The notes under the pieces are model-generated. The model saw nothing but the letters and a program-made list of their open reading frames with translations. It did not search any database and was not told the DNA's origin. Made by a program: the position numbers and the translations under genes. Positions 62,059 to 64,000 of a DNA stretch of 64,000 bases are shown here, one piece after another; within the stretch, counting starts at the first letter, position 1, and each line of letters begins with the position of its first letter. Source of the DNA: an uncultured Actinomycetes bacterium (GTDB lineage Bacteria > Actinomycetota > Coriobacteriia > Anaerosomatales > CAWKMJ01); assembly GCA_963850695.1 (NCBI GenBank), contig CAWKMJ010000001.1:267837-331836 (forward strand). The letters are read 5' to 3'.

Positions 62059-64000
62059 CTAGAAACGCCGTGCCGATGTCGTGCCGTGGGTATGGCACGC
62101 CCGTGCCGAACAGGTCGTCGGGAAGTAGTAGAACGTCTTGGGCTGATTGCGGTTGGTCGCAGAGTGGTTGGGCGGGTTGTTGGTCTGGCGCAGATGACAG
62201 CTCATGCAGAAGAAGCGCGTGTCATAGTCGCCGGTTGGCTGGCCAGAGCTGTCGAGCCGGGGCACGAGCAACCGAGCCGTGGCAAGCACGGTCCCGTCCT
62301 TGCCCCGAACATCGCAGCGCAGGTTCGAGTTGTTGATGGTGCCGTGCGACTCATGGCAGGCCAGACATGACAGAGTGTCGTCATACGCATAGCCACTGGC
62401 CGAGTTGAGGATCGGGTGTCCCGCCAGCCGAGAGAGCACCGTGAGCGTTGTTGTTGGTCCACCGGTCCAGGATGTTCTCGGTGAGTAGCCCGTTGTCGTC
62501 GGGGGGATCGACCCAGTCCCCTGTTTGAGCGGCGGTCGGCAGCGTCCCGTCGTGGCACGTGAGACAGAAGCCGTTGTACTTGGGTGCCGTGGCCGAGCCG
62601 CCCGATATCGCTAGCGAGGTGTCCCGGCTCTCAGTCCATTCACCGTCCATAGACGGGTCCTCGGGATCGACAAGCGGATACTCATCCGTGAGCAGATGAG
62701 TGTTGTGACAGTTCTGGCATGCGATGAACGTGCCGTTCACGGCCTGGTCGCGCTCGAGCACGTCGTGGTGGCTCGTGTTGTCCTGGTTCATGGTGATGCG
62801 CGTATAGATGTCGGGGCTCGTGAGACTGACATTGTCTGAGGAGTGGCAGTTGAAACAGCTGCGATACGACGCGTTGACCCACAGTGCTTCGTTCGGGGAC
62901 GCGTGCGGCATATGACACGTCGAGCACTTCACCTTCGTGCCAGAGGGCGGGTCGGGTACTCCGGTGCTGTGGATCGAGTCCTCGAACCCAGTCATGTCCC
63001 CGGCCCAGTGATCGGTCGGGTCGCTGCCGTGGCAACCGGAGCCATAGCAGACAGCATTGCCCTCGGTCACGCCGTCGACATCGAGCAGCTTCTTGGAGCC
63101 CGCCGCATCCGGGTCCCCATGCGGCGTGTGACAGTCGACGCAGTTGAACTTCCCAGCGACGATCACCGAGTCGTCGGCAGCGGTGATGGTCACCTCGTGC
63201 GATGACATCGATAGGTCGGTGAACTCTCGCCGAGTGTCGTACTTGGAGCCCGTGCCGTCATGACACGAAAGGCACAGCTCCGGCTCGCCCATCGCATCAT
63301 CGGCAGCAAGCAGCTTCGGCGCGGCGGCAGCGTGTATGTCATGGCACATGCCGCAGGTGTTCTGACCCGGGGTCATCGTGGTGACGGCTCCCCCGTGCGG
63401 CGCGTCGATGTTGGCCGAGGAGACCGTGCGGAAGTGCTTCTCGAGCGACTTGAATCCCTCGTTGCCCTGGTCGTCGACGGCGCTCACGCGGTAGTAGTAG
63501 TGCTTGTACTTCTCGACACTGCTGTTGTAGTAGATGGTGGTTGGCGCGGTGACGGTCGCGACAACACTCCCAGTGGGACTGCCGCTCTGCTCGGACCGGT
63601 ACACCTTGTAGTAGCTCACGTTCGTCGATGGGACTGCGTCCCAATCGACGGTGATGGTCGAGTCCGCACCGGAGAGCTCAAGGCCGGTGGGCTCGACGGG
63701 AGGCCCGGTGGTCGGACCGATGTAGTAGCGGTACATGTTCGCGGTGTTGGGCTGGTACCGAGTGGCAAGCCCGTTGCCCGTCGGGCTCTGCGTGCTCGTG
63801 GTGTCGGTGGAGGACTTCGCCGTCACGACGTACCAGTAGCGCGTCGAGGTGGCCTTGGCCGAGCTGTCCACGTAGGACTGCATGGTGACCCCGGAGACAC
63901 TGCCCACCTGTGTGTAGCCCGATGGCCACGATGGCTCCGAGGCGCCCTGCCCGCGGTGAACCTGATACGTGATCGTGCCGCCCGTGGTCGTCGGCTCCCA
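62059..64000 (-). CDS. Multiheme c-type cytochrome with fibronectin type III domains; 5' end outside window, one frameshift
   Basis: CGMCH, CLSCH, CVDCH, CYGSGCH, CSTCH, CFNCH, CQNCH, CLTCH, CLACH, CMSCH, CSARACH; FN3-like YYYRVSAVD..GNE. Confidence 0.9.

Overview
High-GC bacterial chromosome segment. Gene content (CW_binding_2 surface proteins, Mvh-type hydrogenase, multiheme cytochrome, T-box-regulated trp, SmsCB) suggests a free-living anaerobic Coriobacteriia/OPB41-like actinobacterium; this taxonomy is an inference. Many single-base indels break otherwise conserved genes and look like long-read errors, so several boundaries are approximate. Housekeeping content: trpEG behind a Trp T-box, a his operon, tig-clpP-clpX, six tRNAs, murI-MBL-rph-rdgB, smpB-ssrA, M42 peptidase, SmsCB, CLC, rnr and ftsEX-ctpA. 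The notable parts are four. (1) A Frz/Wsp/Dif-like chemosensory operon containing a PilB/GspE homologue with every ATPase motif degenerate, a DUF4388 protein with MshEN-like c-di-GMP motifs, a sensorless MCP and a CheW with a histone-like tail; HD-GYP and GGDEF-EAL genes lie nearby. (2) Three copies of a sigma28/WhiG-like promoter (CTYAWG-N15-NMCGATAG) ahead of the HD-GYP gene and two Cys-rich microproteins. (3) An MvhAG hydrogenase led by a truncated HdrA-ferredoxin-MvhD fusion lacking the FAD motif, with no hdrBC in the window. (4) An FN3-containing cytochrome with at least 11 heme motifs at the right edge.
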